Positions 31,910 to 45,212 of a stretch of DNA of 64,000 nucleotides are shown piece after piece. A program made the translations under genes and the position numbers. Source of the DNA: the human T2T-CHM13v2.0 reference genome, Homo sapiens. The notes below the pieces were generated by a model. It was given only the letters and a program-made list of their open reading frames with translations. It was not told the DNA's origin and made no database searches. How positions within the stretch are numbered: position 1 is the first letter of the stretch; each line of letters opens with the position of its first letter. The stretch lies in NCBI RefSeq assembly GCF_009914755.1, contig NC_060930.1; one strand, given 5' to 3'.

Positions 31910-32140
31910 AGAGGTATTCAGTGACTAAGAATGTAGAAGACTGCAAAGTCAGGCTGTCTTGGTTCAACCCCTACTGACTGTGTGACCCTCAGTATGTTCC
32001 TAAATCCTTCTAAGCTTCATTATCTATTTCTAGTAAATGTGGATAATAATAGTACCTAGGTCAAAGAGTTGTTGTAAAGTTTTTAGGAGGTAATGTTTTG
32101 AAACCCACAGCACAGGGTCTAGCACAGAGGAGTGCTCAAA
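31910..32140 (+). mobile_element. MIR
   Basis: GGTTCAACCC...ACTGTGTGACCCTCAG...GGATAATAATAGTACCTA...GAGTTGTTGTAAAG...TCTAGCACAGAGGAGTGCTCAA. Confidence 0.75.
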
Positions 32141-33869
32141 CAGACCTTCATCTTCTCAGGATCTAAAAAAGTTAGGTCTTTCAGAGGCCGGTCTGGGAAA
32201 ATAAACCTAAATTTTGGAATAGAAGCCAGTGCTTTAGACAACTCCATATTTATGTAGCCAATAGTAGTTGGTTTATCTTCCTAACAGCTTTAGCAGAGAG
32301 CAAGCAAAGAAAATCAGCTGCAGGCTGTGAAGGTAGAAAAAGTATACCATGCATCCAATCACTTTCTCTGCCATTTTCATCTTTGCACAATATTTTGAGT
32401 GATTTAGGGGAGTTAGGGATTTAACACGTTGGTTTTTCATCACACAGACCCGTTTCCTCAGAGGCTAGAATGCATCACTTAGTACCTGGTGACCAAGAGC
32501 AATCGTAGCTTTACAGCACAGGGCCTGGAGTTTATTATTGTTATCATTACATTTACTTGAAGAATAAACAACTTAAGAATTTATGCATTTTATCTTAAGG
32601 CAAAAAATTTTATGTGGAAAACAACTTAACCCAGTTGTAAATTAGCCTAATTCACTCATCTAGAATAACCTAGCAATGATTGTCCAACCCTCCTCATGTT
32701 ATAAGTGCTTGAATTATGAGTTTATTATATTTGCTATAAAGGATATAATCTTTTCTCAAATGGCTTTCCTATTTAATATCTCATCTTATTCTTATAATTT
32801 CCCTATGTGGTAAAACAAATTATTTCCATTATTTTAAAAATAAGAACACAAATTCACGAAGAGGATGAGAAACTTGACTAAAATCATAAAACCCAGTGCA
32901 GCCCAAGTATAGGGTGGCAGAGAATCAGGAGCCCCAGGCTCTGGTCCTGGTTTCATCTCTAATGAGCTTATCTTTGTACAACAGGGATAAAGTTACCTTC
33001 TCTATCTAAAGGCTTCACAATATGTAAAATATGAAGTACCTTCAAACCCACACAATAATAGACAAATAAAAAATGCTATTATGTAACATGAAAATCATGT
33101 TATGCAGTTGAGGCTAAATCTAGCTCTAGCTTCTATGTAAAAGAAAAAAGATGACTATTCCATACCACTCCTGGAGAGAAAAGTGACAGAAAATTTTTTT
33201 ATGAAAGGAAAAAAAATTTTACATTTCCTGAAGAAAGAAAATATTATTTCCTACTGGGAGAGAAAGAATTCTTAGAGGAGAATGTGGCAAGAGTAATGAA
33301 CTTTAAATCAGGACATTTGGGTTGAAGTCTTGCCTTTGGCACCAAGTAACTGCAACTTTTCTTAAATTCTTAAAAAATGTGGACCTCAATTTACTTCGTG
33401 TAAAGTGAGGTTAGACTAGAAAATATTGAAGGTCTTTTTCAGTTCTGACATTCTCTGTTGCTATATTTCTGCTTTCTAAGTGGAAAGCTTTTGTGAAATT
33501 GCTAAATACAGTACCAGCTCAGTTGAATTGTGGGTCCTAAAAATGGAATGTTCTGAATAATGGAATTTTCCATTTAACTGACAGTGAAGTTTATCTCAGT
33601 TTATTATCTTTCTTTATTCCTCCTCTTGCTACTTTTTTTGTTTTTGCTAATCCTCTGTCACAGGTTTGCCTCACACAACTGCCTGTAATACACCCTTTCC
33701 CTTGGTCTTCCTTCTTCCTTTAAGGGAAGTTTCACACTGACCTTTTGCATTTTTGGCCGTAGAGTTTCAACACTATCCTTGTTTTACATATGAAATATCA
33801 CAACACTTCCAGCGCTCCACATTTTTGCAGCAACAAAAGAAAACAATATCAGAACATTTTTGCTGGGTC

Positions 33870-34398
33870 TGTAATTAGTAGAAATGGCCCTCAAATATGG
33901 CCATATTCTATTCCCCAGAACCGTGCATATGTGACCCTACATGGCAAAACGAGCTATACTGCATGTAATTAAACTAAGAATATTGAAATAGGATGATTAG
34001 CCACATTATCCGGGGGGACCCAATGTCATCATAATAGTCCTTATGAGGAAAAAAGGAAGGCAAGAAAGTCAAAGTCAGAAAAGATGTGAAGCCCTAATCA
34101 GAGACCAGAGAGAGAGAGCTTTAAAGATGCTACACAGCTGGCTTTGTGGTGCAAGGAACCACAAGCCAAGAAATGCAGGCAGTGCAAGGGGCCATAAGCC
34201 AAGAAATAAAGGCAGCCTGTAGAAGCTGGAAACAGCAGGGTAATAGATTCATCATAGCGTCTCTAGAGGGAACTCTGGGTTTTATCCCAGTAACACTCAT
34301 TTCAAACTTCTGACCTCCAGACTTTAAGGTAATAAATTTGTATTGCTTTTTAAGTTACCAAATTTGTGTTATTATAGCAACAATAGAAAACTAATCCA
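33870..34398 (+). mobile_element. MLT1 (MLT1C/D-like) MaLR solo LTR
   Basis: ATGGCCCTCAAA...CCCCAGAACCGTGCATATGTGACCCTACATGGCAAAA...AAGCCAAGAAATGCAGGCAG...AGCAACAATAGAAAACTAATCCA. Confidence 0.88.
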
Positions 34399-35099
34399 AA
34401 GCTACTTGCTCTTCTCAGTAGTTGGACTCATTTGTAAATTGAATTTTGACCTAACTACTAGTTCCTGAAAGACCTTATCAAGCTGTGTATATTTTGAAAT
34501 TTCCCACAATGATCTAATCACCAAGCTAGTTATTGAGGTAAAACAAATTTAAATACATCTGCTTTGTATCACAATGCAAACTGCATTGCATTTACATTCT
34601 GGTTAATCTATTGCTTCATAATTGATGTCCTCAGGTAATCACAATGAGCTGGCTTGTAAGAGATTTCTAGATAATGTTTAAAGTTGTTTGCAATCCTGAG
34701 ATTACATGATTATATTGCAAAAACAAATTAGAAATCACCCAAACATATCAATTTATATCTCTTTACCTGGAGTGTACTCTGTATGACTATGATTAGCAGA
34801 ATATAACATCTTAAATCTGACTGTCTAATGTACTTCTAGGTTTCTCTGAATTACCAGTTATTGTTATCTGGGTGTTTCTACAGTTGGAGCTATCTATTTT
34901 TTAGAATTCTTTCTGCCCTATTTACTTATGCAGAACTTGAGAGCAGCAATTCCCCCAACCCACCCGCCACCCATTATTAAATTATGCTCTATGAAACACA
35001 CCCCTATTCCCCCATGGAAACACTCTATTTCTAGATTTCTTAAAAACTGTGAATGGAAAGTATACAATGTGTAAATAACAGAGTTCTTCACTGATAATT

Positions 35100-37790
35100 A
35101 TGGTGACATCCATGAAGGGAAATAACTCAATAGCTTTCTTTGAAGATGTAATGAGTCAAAGAGGAAAAGAGTTGTCCAGATCAGGAAATAGGAAGGGAGA
35201 AAAATAAAAAATTTAAAAACAGGAAGTATACATGAATAAATAATCCAAAGTGTCTTTTCAGCGTCATGGTACTTTCAGGGTATTTATGCAGCCAAGTATT
35301 CCAGAAGCACAGGATTTAGATCAGATGGACCTAAGAGATGAAATTGGAGAAGTAAAGAGGACCAAATCAGAAATACTCTTGTATGTCAATGCTAAGGAAT
35401 TTGGACTTTATCTTACAGGACACAGGAAGCCAATTGAGAACTTTAAATGGAGAAATAACATAGCTGCTTTTAAACACTTAGGAATCTATATGGGTGATAG
35501 ATTTGAATGAGATGGTTATTTGGTTAGGAATTCAGCTTAGAAGCTGTTAACACATTCTTGTTGAAATAATGAGGGTCAATTGTCAAAGACATGGAGGACA
35601 GTGACATTTATTAATAGAATATGAAATAATGAGGGTCGATTGTGAAGGACATGGAGGACAGCGACATTTATTAATAGAATATGAAAGTGAAGTTGATGAA
35701 GACTCCCTCTCTTCACCACTACAATCACCAACACTAAGTTTTAATATTTAGTAGTCATGAGAGTCACCAAACAGGAGCCATAAAAGATGATAAATTTCAT
35801 TTTAAATATATAAAGCCCTCTGAATGCTGAGACTAAGAGGAGATGTCAAATGAGCCATTGACAAAGCTTGGTTGAAAATATATTTGGAAAATTGTCAGTA
35901 CATAGATGGCAAGAGCATTTGGTTGTTGGAGACTTGATTCTCCAGTTTCACTAAAGACCTGTAGGAACCGGAAACATTATTTAATCTCCCTGAGCCCAAG
36001 TTTTTTTTTTTTATTTGTAAAATGAATATTATAATCTAATATCTCATAAAATATTGTATAAGTTTTTATCTATATAAAGCACTTAGTACAATACCCATCC
36101 ACACAGAAAACTTGATAAAAAGTAGCCAATTTAGATGAAGTCATGATGCAGAATGATACTACATACGATGATATCAAAAGATGAAAAGAATAAAGCCATG
36201 AGGTAACATTAATATTTAAATAGTGGACAAACAAGAAACTAATAAGTGTATAAAAGGACAGAGAGAGAGATAAGAAAATCATGGGAATGTAATGTTATGG
36301 AAATTGTAGGGCCATCAATGTTTCTTGGCATCCATCATTGACCAGGGAAGGATACAACCTGTGACAAAGGATTGATCAGTTGGATTTTCTCTCTCAAGTC
36401 TTTGAATTTTAGCACTATGATTCAAAAACAGAAAATTTTAATTCAATACTTATTCATTCTATAAGCAGTAGCCTGAAAAAATGTTGGACTGCCCCAAATT
36501 TCTGAGTTTACTTCCCATGTCTTCCAATTCTTGTTGTGATATCTTTCCCTTACGAATTGGTACATGTTTCTTGCAAACAAACAAACAAAAATCCTTATTG
36601 ATATTTTAGAAATAAGAGAATAGCTAGCTTCATTTGGAGATAAAATAAGAACTGATACATCTCCATTAGATTTGGAAATCAGAAGGAGCTGAAACCTGAT
36701 TGCAGTCGATCATGAAGAGTATGAGAAGTCTGGTAGTGGAGACTGTGAATGTGGGTTTCTCTTTCTAAAGAAGGTATGAGAAGAATATGACAAAAATAAG
36801 TTGTGTTAGAGGGAGACTTTTGAGTTTGAATTGTTTCATTAGATGTGAGAGGCATAAGCATGTTTATAATCTAGGAGAAACCAATGGAAAAACATATATT
36901 GAAGCTACAAGAGAAAGAGGATTGATGATGAGAACAAGACAGGAAAGAGGCAGGTTAAGAGGGCATAAAATGTGTGTATGGAAGAGATTAGTACTGAACA
37001 GGCAGAGGGCACTGTGTCTTATAGACTGGATACATTTTAAGGTGTTATGAGTAGGGAAGCTAAGGAAAATAACCTGCTGACCTTAGTTTTCTCCTTAAAG
37101 CAGGCAGGAAGATCTACAATTGAGAATAAAGGTGCATGGGTAAAATGTAGGTTTGAAAACTACAATAGAGAAAGTTAGACTGACTTTTAACGAGAAAAGA
37201 GGCAAATGAATAAAGACAAAAGAATTAATCAAATGTGCTAACAGTGGTGTTGACATTGAGACCATGAATATGTGCAACTTTTCGGCTGCCCAGATACAGG
37301 AGCAGAAAAATGCAGATTTTTTAACTAGAAGTTGGAATTTGTGACTAGATTGTTGTGTTCAAAACAAGGTGCAAGATAAAACCAATGAATTGAAGTAGAA
37401 GGGGTTTCAGGGTGAAAGAGAAGAAAAATGAGGAAAAGAGGGTGTGATGGGGAAGGATTTAGAACAGTAGCTGCTGCTGGTTATCTGGAAGAAAATTGAG
37501 GGAGCTTGAGGTGATTTAACATGATCATCATCTTTCAGCTTGAATGATATGTATAGTGGAATGAGGATCTGTGAAATCTGAAAACATAGGTGGTTATAAA
37601 AAAGTGAACTATGATCTGGAATTAACATTACAGAAGCTGCTAATGAAGATTCAATCCAAAATGAGACACAGAGAACAGGAAAGACAGAGGTCCTTAGATT
37701 AAGTAGAGCCAAAAATGTAAAGACTAAATTATTAAATGGATTCAAATCCTTTAAGATTATGGCAGGACTTTGAATGAAGGAAAAGAAGCA
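35100..37790 (-). mobile_element. Fragmented L2 with interspersed MIR and other pieces
   Basis: Purine-rich degenerate antisense L2 motifs (GCTAAGGAATTTGGACTTTATCTTACAGGACACAGGAAGCCAATTGAG). Boundaries are rough. Confidence 0.55.
35562..35686. repeat. 60-bp tandem duplication
   Basis: TGAAATAATGAGGGTC...TTAATAGAATA at 35562-35621 and 35622-35681, with 4 mismatches by eye. Confidence 0.92.
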
Positions 37791-37857
37791 AATGTCTATA
37801 CATGAGAAAGTCTGAATAGCTGACAGGATGATTGATTTAAAAAGTCACACATTAGTG

Positions 37858-38435
37858 CAGCTACATGAGAAGAACCACAGGGATGAAAAAGTATTCTTAC
37901 ATAAGACTGGCTGAATAAAGGGTTAGAAAGCAGCAGAAGGAAACTAAGCGAATGCAAACCCATCCCTCTGAATCTATTGACAATAGGGATAAAATCAAAG
38001 AAGTGAAGAAAAAATAGACACATTTCTACATTTGATTAGATGAAAATTACATGCAAATTAAGTAGGTTACATCATCATTCAACCCAATATAGCTGTTAGT
38101 CATCTGGGATATTTTAGTTTGGGTTTTTTTTTTTTTTTTTTGGTGTGCGTGATTATTCACAATCTGAAAATCATAATTCTTAGCTAACTTCCTCATTCTC
38201 CCCAAGATTTTTCTCATGGGCAAAAGTTTGGCAAGAATCTTATCACAATATTGATTCCTCTGGCCTAATAGAAGGTCAGAACTCAGCTACATGAGAAGAA
38301 TCACAGAAGAAAAAGTATTCTTACATAAGACTGGAAGAATAAAGGGGTAGAAAGCAGCAGAAGGAAGCTAAGGAAATACAAACTCATGCCTCTGAATCTA
38401 CTGACAATAAGGGATAAAATCAAAGAAGTGAGGAA
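37858..38435. repeat. ~150-bp non-tandem direct duplication (37858-38010 and 38284-38435)
   Basis: Both copies run CAGCTACATGAGAAGAA...AAAAGTATTCTTACATAAGACTGG...GGGATAAAATCAAAGAAGTGA. Confidence 0.92.
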
Positions 38436-39289
38436 CAGAATTTTCTTGCACATTGCCAATCTATGACATGAGAATGATCTGAGGTGTCTTGCCCCTTAGC
38501 ATTTTTTTTGGAAATCACATTTTGATTGGTTTACTGCAGATGGTTTTAGGATTTGCTTATGGCTAAAACTTTTACTCTCAAAATACAACTATTGTACAAA
38601 GCATAAAAAATACACACAGGATAGACAATATTTGGAGCTATAGCTTTAAGATGAATAATCACTTAATGGCTATGACTTATGTATGGTGACTAAAATACAT
38701 AATATAATGACAGTAACAGTAGAAAATTTAGGTTTAAAAATAAGAAATATATACAATTTTTTGATAAAAGTATAAGGTATTATTTTCAAATATTTTCATC
38801 CTTATATAAAGTATTGGCTCCTAATTGGGACAGAATTCGTTGAAACAGAAGCAATTTTACAACATAAGCCCACCCAATTCTTCCAGGAAGATGTGTTCTA
38901 GTTTAAGAAGGGAAAAATAAACCAAATGTGTTATTTGAAATTCAAAAGAATTATATGTATCACCAAACTATCTTAAGCTTCCTCAGAGTACAAATATAAT
39001 ACATTCCATAATAAAATACTGTTTAAAAATTCTGAGTAAATGGCCATTCCAAAAAAAAGTGCCACAGATCATATATTAATTTCTGAACAGCATTACTAAC
39101 TAGTAGATTCAGCCAGATCCAAAGGTTTCCGTTTATTCAGTGTGGTGCACAGTTTTGTAAAGTTCCCTATTGGTAAAATGTCAGAGCTGTTACTATTCAT
39201 GAATTAAATTACAACTTTGTATCAAACAAAACTGAGCAAAACTAACCACTTGGTTCTTAAAGATACCTTCAAAACACCTTGACTCCCTC

Positions 39290-39922
39290 GTTGAGCCATA
39301 TTTTTATGATCGCTTATATGTAACCCTGATGTTAGTCATACTGATGTCCTTAACAACTATATAATGGTCTCAGCTGGTCTCTCAGCATCATTTCTGGGCC
39401 ATGTCTCCATAAGATAGGCAGGGTGATCTTCTCAAAATGCAACTCTAACCATGTTATTCCCCTCCTCAAATGTCTGCTATGGCCATAACCACAGCACTGT
39501 AGGCTTTAGCCCTGTCTTTTTCTGATTCCACCTCAAGGCACTCTGCCTAGCTCTCCAATACAACCATATTCCCTTCATGCACAGAGCCTTTGCATGAGAT
39601 AGCCCTTCTTCATGAACTGCTTTCTCTCTTCTCCCTCTCTCACTACACTCTTCATCTATTTCACTGTTCCTTTAGGGCCAAGCTCACAGTATATTGCCTC
39701 AGAGAAATTTTCCCTGCCACCTCATGTTCCATCAACCTTACCCTGTTGCATACTGTGCTTTGCTAGCACCTATGACAGTTTCATTAATGACAGTCTCCTC
39801 CACAAGACTATAGAGCTCGGTGAGGCCAGGGCACGTGCACCATGCCTGTCACTGTATTGTCTATATCTAGCTCAACACCTGGCATTTAACAGTCCTTCAA
39901 TTTGTTTGGTTGAATAAATGAA
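39290..39922 (+). mobile_element. L2 3' portion
   Basis: AAATGCAACTCTAACCATGTTATTCCCCTCCTCAAA...CACAAGACTATAGAGCTCGGTGAGGCCAGGG...TTGTTTGGTTGAATAAATGAA. Confidence 0.78.
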
Positions 39923-40424
39923 GAAAACCCTAAATAAAATGACATTTGTGCAAAAGCTTTCATTTCATCAATGTTCACTCTAAAATTTATATAATTTTAA
40001 TTTGGGAACTTAGAACATTTCTACATTTTTTAAAATCTGAAATTAATTGCAAATAAAAGTGTTGCTTAAGGAAAAATTGTGAAAAGAATTTGTAATGGGC
40101 AAAAGATTACTGAGTATTCTTCCAATGGAATGCTGAGTTGTATTTTTTTCCAGTGACAATTTTTTTTATATTTAAAAACAAAATCAACTTTGCCCCCAAA
40201 TAGCCCTCAAATAAAAAAAAACAGATTAAATAAAATTTACAGTGAATATACCCAGCAAACATCTATTTGTGCAATTAAACACTGTCTATTACTGTGGCAC
40301 AGATATTAAACAAACAATATACAAGTGTTCTTGGAGGTGAGGGGAGTTCCCAGTGTTAACTCTGTGGGGTTTGGGAAGGCAAGATGAGGAAGTGAGAGAA
40401 TGTGGAAATCAATTTTGTTTATCA

Positions 40425-40777
<353 letters not shown>

Positions 40778-42804
40778 GGAAAGGGAGCTTGAGATGTTTA
40801 AAATAAAAATTGGAGAATACTTATTCCTGAACAAAAAATAGAAGAGAAAATAGATTAAAATGATACAAGTGGATGGGAAGAAGAAGGAAGCAGAGGGGCC
40901 AACCAGGGGAAAAAAGGGGACCCAAAGAAGGAGAGCCTGAAGGAATCCAATGCCAGTGTGGATGTCCCTCTGTTTCGGTCTTCATCACTACTGTCTTAGG
41001 CTCCAGTTTAGCGTCAGTCTCCTTACTTTCTGTCTCCATCCACAGTCTATCAGGATCCTTCAACACCCTCTATCCTGCCCCCGCCCCTTCTGGGCTGCTC
41101 CCTTCCTCTTCTCCATTTAGTGGGTGCTGGCTCACTCCGGGATCCTCAGGTCATAGTTCTTTTTGGCCATTCAAAGTGTGAAGCTATTCAGGGAGTTGTT
41201 GAGATGAAGGGAGGCATTTTGAGCAGCCAGCAGGTTAGGGAACACAGCCATGATGGTGTAAAAGGCAGCAAGGTCCAAGCAGTTGCCATTCTCAGCAGTC
41301 CCACCATTGTCCCCTCCACCCCCACCAGGCAGCCCCTGAGCTGGGTCTTGGCACTGGACATGGCAAGCTGCTTAAAGAGTTTGTCTGCCTCGGTACAGGT
41401 GATGCCCTTAGGGAGATCTGTTACCTCCGGCCCCTGCCCCAAAACAACATCTGCTGTCCCCATGTCAGAGAAGGCAGATTTGAGTGCTTGTCTCTTGCCC
41501 TGGTTTTCATGCTTCAGTCCACTCTGTCCCTGGTGTACTGTGTAAGTTGACTGGTCATGCAGCAAGGGAGGGCAGATGGACAGATTATACTCTAAAGGCT
41601 GGCCTAAGAGGGAGTAGCACCCATCACCCTGTGCTGGACCCCCAGGCCAGGGGAACCATCTGAGGACAAGCAAGGGACTGAGTCCTGTGCAGACAGCCAC
41701 CACTGAGGCTGGTGACAAGAGAAGGTGGCAAAGCCTGGGTAGGAGATGTGTCAGGGCTGCTGCTCATTTGTATGTTGGCCTGGGGGCTGATGTCAGGACT
41801 GTACAGGTCTCCAGGCTTCTGCCCCTCATGGTCCATGTTGTAGTATTTACAGTGACTCCACTGGACCCTTGATGGGTTCTGAGTGGGGTCAGGCTCCATT
41901 AGCGAAATTCAGCTCATGACCACCACACCTGGTCCAGAAGGTGACACTCTTGACTGCTACTGCAGCATCTGTGGTAGACGGCAGGGAGAGGGAAACTGAA
42001 TCATCTGGTACTGCTGAGACCCAGGAGGTTGCAAAACCCCAACAGTAGGGCTTGTACCGTTCTGCTGAGCCAGTGGGATCATGCTGTAGTACACTGGTAT
42101 GCCCCCTGTTGGGGGGCCTCCTTACCCAAACTGGCTCACAGGGGCCAGCATGAGTTGCTAGAAAGGGTGCTGGACCACATTTTGTGAGTAATTACCCACT
42201 GAGACTTGGTAAGAAGGCAGTGAAGTGTACTGAACCACCAGGCCTTGCATCTGGGCCTCCATGCTGCTTCTCTGACTGCTGAGCAGGCCCTGGTTCTGTG
42301 GCTGCTGGACCCCAGTCATTCCTTGGTAAGCCACCTGCTGCTGGTTAGGCATCATGGGCTATAAACTGGGCTGCTGGGATGGCCGAGCCAGCTATTGACC
42401 ACATCAGGATCTGTAGGCCACCAGGTGAGAGAAAGGTCAATATTGCTGGTTGGAATTAGGATATTGTCCAGGGGGATTAGAAAGAAACCTGGAACTGTTG
42501 GTTGAGAAGGCTGCATGTAGCCCCGGGGTAGCAGCACTTGCTGAGTAGGTGGTGCATGGCTAGAGGTGGAACAGTTAGAGGTGGGGAGGGACTGACCCAT
42601 GGAAGCCATGACGAAGTTAGTCCACTGACGGTGCTGGGAGATGAGTGGGGGCTGGAACAGAGCTGCCGATCAGTCAGTTGCTTTAGTAGAACCTTGGCAG
42701 CTAGGGCTCATTTGTCTAAAGGACTTGCTGAGGTCATCTGTCTGTGAGATCATGTGATTATTCAAGGGTGGCTGTTGCTGAGGCGTGGGTGGGAGAGCAC
42801 AAAG

Positions 42805-42819
42805 TTGCTGCTGCTGCTG

Positions 42820-42858
<39 letters not shown>
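42805..42858 (-). repeat. (CAG)12 GAG (CAG)4 CAA trinucleotide repeat (poly-Q tract of the retrocopy)
   Basis: The plus strand reads TTG(CTG)4 CTC (CTG)12, and the ORF track gives Q12-E-Q5. Confidence 0.97.
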
Positions 42859-44854
42859 AACAAGGGAGAAGGTTCGGGATAGACTGGGATGAGGTGACCT
42901 GGTTGCACATTTCTGGGGCATATAGTGCCATACCTGGCCTGGAGATCCTTCCTGCATTGGCACATTTACTGCTGCCAATGCAGTCACCTTGGGTGAAGAC
43001 AGAGATTCTGCTGAACCTGCTGGCTTTGGTTACAGAGGGTCGCATGTTCTGGACAGAGCCACCAGCGTTCGTGCTGCTCCAAGGCCATGGCTCCAAGGGA
43101 TTTGAGTTCACTGTTCTGTTCTGGCAGCTGCTTGAGGTGCAGCTGAACCTTCTGCAATTCCTCCTGATGTCATTTATATATCCTTTCTGGCCAGTCTCTT
43201 GGGGGGCAAATATTCTCTCAGACCCTTGGATATTTGTCCCCTTTCTCTTCTATTGACTTGCTTCTCCTTCCTAAAGCACCACTTTTATTTGTAATTAATT
43301 TCAGATTTTAAAAAATGTAGAAACATTCTAAGTTCCCATATTAAAACTGTATAAATTTTAGAGTAAGGATTAATGAAATGAAAACTTCGTACAATGTCAT
43401 TCCATTTAGGGTTTTCTTCATTCATTCAAAGAAACATATTAAAGGACTGTTATATGCCAGGTGCTGAGCTAGATATAGACAATACAGTGATGGGCACAGT
43501 ACACATGGCCCTGGTCTTACAGAGCTCTGTGGTCTTGTGGGGGAGACAGTCATTAATGTTGACAGTTTCATCTATGAAATGGGCAAGTATTGTTGAAATT
43601 TAAGGAACATATTCACATGGACAGCTGAGTAGTTAAAAATTAATTCAATCTTTTAAAGCCACAGTATGGGATATACCTTGATTTTTTTATATGTCATTTC
43701 TTTGATCAGGATCTTCCACCCTAGAGACATAAAAATATGCTAATTTCTCCAGTGATTATAACAGGATTAATACTGGTAATCATTTGTTGATCCTACAGGG
43801 AAATGATAATAGTACATCTATACTAAAGAATGCTACACATCAATAAAAAATAATACAGCAAATCAATAGATGAGGACATTGAAAGACTACCAAGATATTT
43901 TACTAAGTACAAAAATGTTTTGAGATAATATATATAGTATATGATATGACATCACTCATTTTAAAACTCCACAAAAGAGAAGTATACATTGATACATACA
44001 TACATGCATATATATATATATGTGTGTGTGTATATATATATATATAATTAAATACATCTGCAAATACATAGAAAAATAGTCTGGAAGGTATTTACCAATT
44101 GATGATAGTTGCTATGTTTGAGAAAGAAACTCAGATTAGAGCATCAGACACTTAGTACTCAAGATAATCAAATCATTGGTTCTATTTGAGTTAAAAATAT
44201 GACATTGAATTTAAGTACAACTTATACATTTATAATTTTTAAAAGAGAAAAAGAAAATAGACAAATTATACTGAAGAAGTAAACAAGTCTTGTAGTGACC
44301 ACTTTTAGCACCAGCAAGTGAAGGCAACCATAGAAGAAGAAAAATGATTTTATCTCTGACATTTGAACCAATGAAAGGATTCTTGTGCCAGAAAAAAGAA
44401 TGTGGTCGTGGTCTTCATTAAAGGAGAACTAAGAAGCTATTGCCTAGATACTCTCCCCTCATTCCACAAATGTGGGTAAGAATGCCATTGAAGGACTGAA
44501 ATGCAGAGCTGCTCTCCCCAAGTCTCCATGGAGCTCTGAGCTCTAAGAGGTAATTTTAGGACCACCTCTGAGGAGTGGCATCTAATGTCACCTAGCATCT
44601 AACTTAGATAGTCACGAAATCTAGACCAGAGTCCATGAATGAAAACTGTACATTTCCTAAATTTTAGGAACTTTCTTAAGGTTGTCATTTTTATTTTGTC
44701 TTACCTGTTTACTTGTGCTTATTCTTAGGAAGAGAAATAAACCAGGAAATTGGGGAAACCAGTCAATATTAAAGGAGAAAAATTTGCCAAGATATTAAAT
44801 TAGTTATGGTAGTTTTATAAAGCAAACGCAAGCAAGATATTCAGGGTTCATTGG

Positions 44855-45212
44855 TGTGGAGGCAGAATGATAGTTCCCCAAAGAGGTCTCCATCCTAATC
44901 CCTTGAAACTGAAAATATATTACTTTATATAGGAATGGGAATTTTGCAGATGTAAAAAATCATCCTGGATTACACGGGTGAGAGTGATGTAATCACAAGG
45001 GTCTTTTTAATGTGTCAGAGAGAACCAGAGAGAGAAAGAAGATTTAAAGATGTTATAATCCTGGCTTTGCAAATGGAGGAAGGAGCCACGGGCCAAGACA
45101 ACACACAACCCCACCAACACCTTGATTTTAGCCCTGTGAGACATTTTATATTTCTGACACGAAAAACCATAAGACAAAGAACTGTGCTGTTTTAAGCCAC
45201 TAAGTTTGTAGG
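44855..45212 (+). mobile_element. MLT1 (MLT1D/E-like) LTR with internal deletion
   Basis: TGTGGAGGCAGAATGATAG...CCATCCTAATCCC...GTAATCACAAGGGTC...CACCTTGATTTTAGCCC...TTTTAAGCCACTAAGTTTGT. Confidence 0.8.

Noticed and set aside
41188-41718. 176-aa minus-strand ORF as a retrogene CDS
   Set aside because: It is a partial R3HDM2 frame that shifts out of register after ...SAKTQL. The surrounding frames are broken, the 5' end is truncated and no promoter is evident.
42744-43256. 170-aa plus-strand poly-Ala ORF
   Set aside because: It is the antisense shadow of the GC-richer pseudogene and CTG repeat, with a non-ATG start and no recognisable homology.
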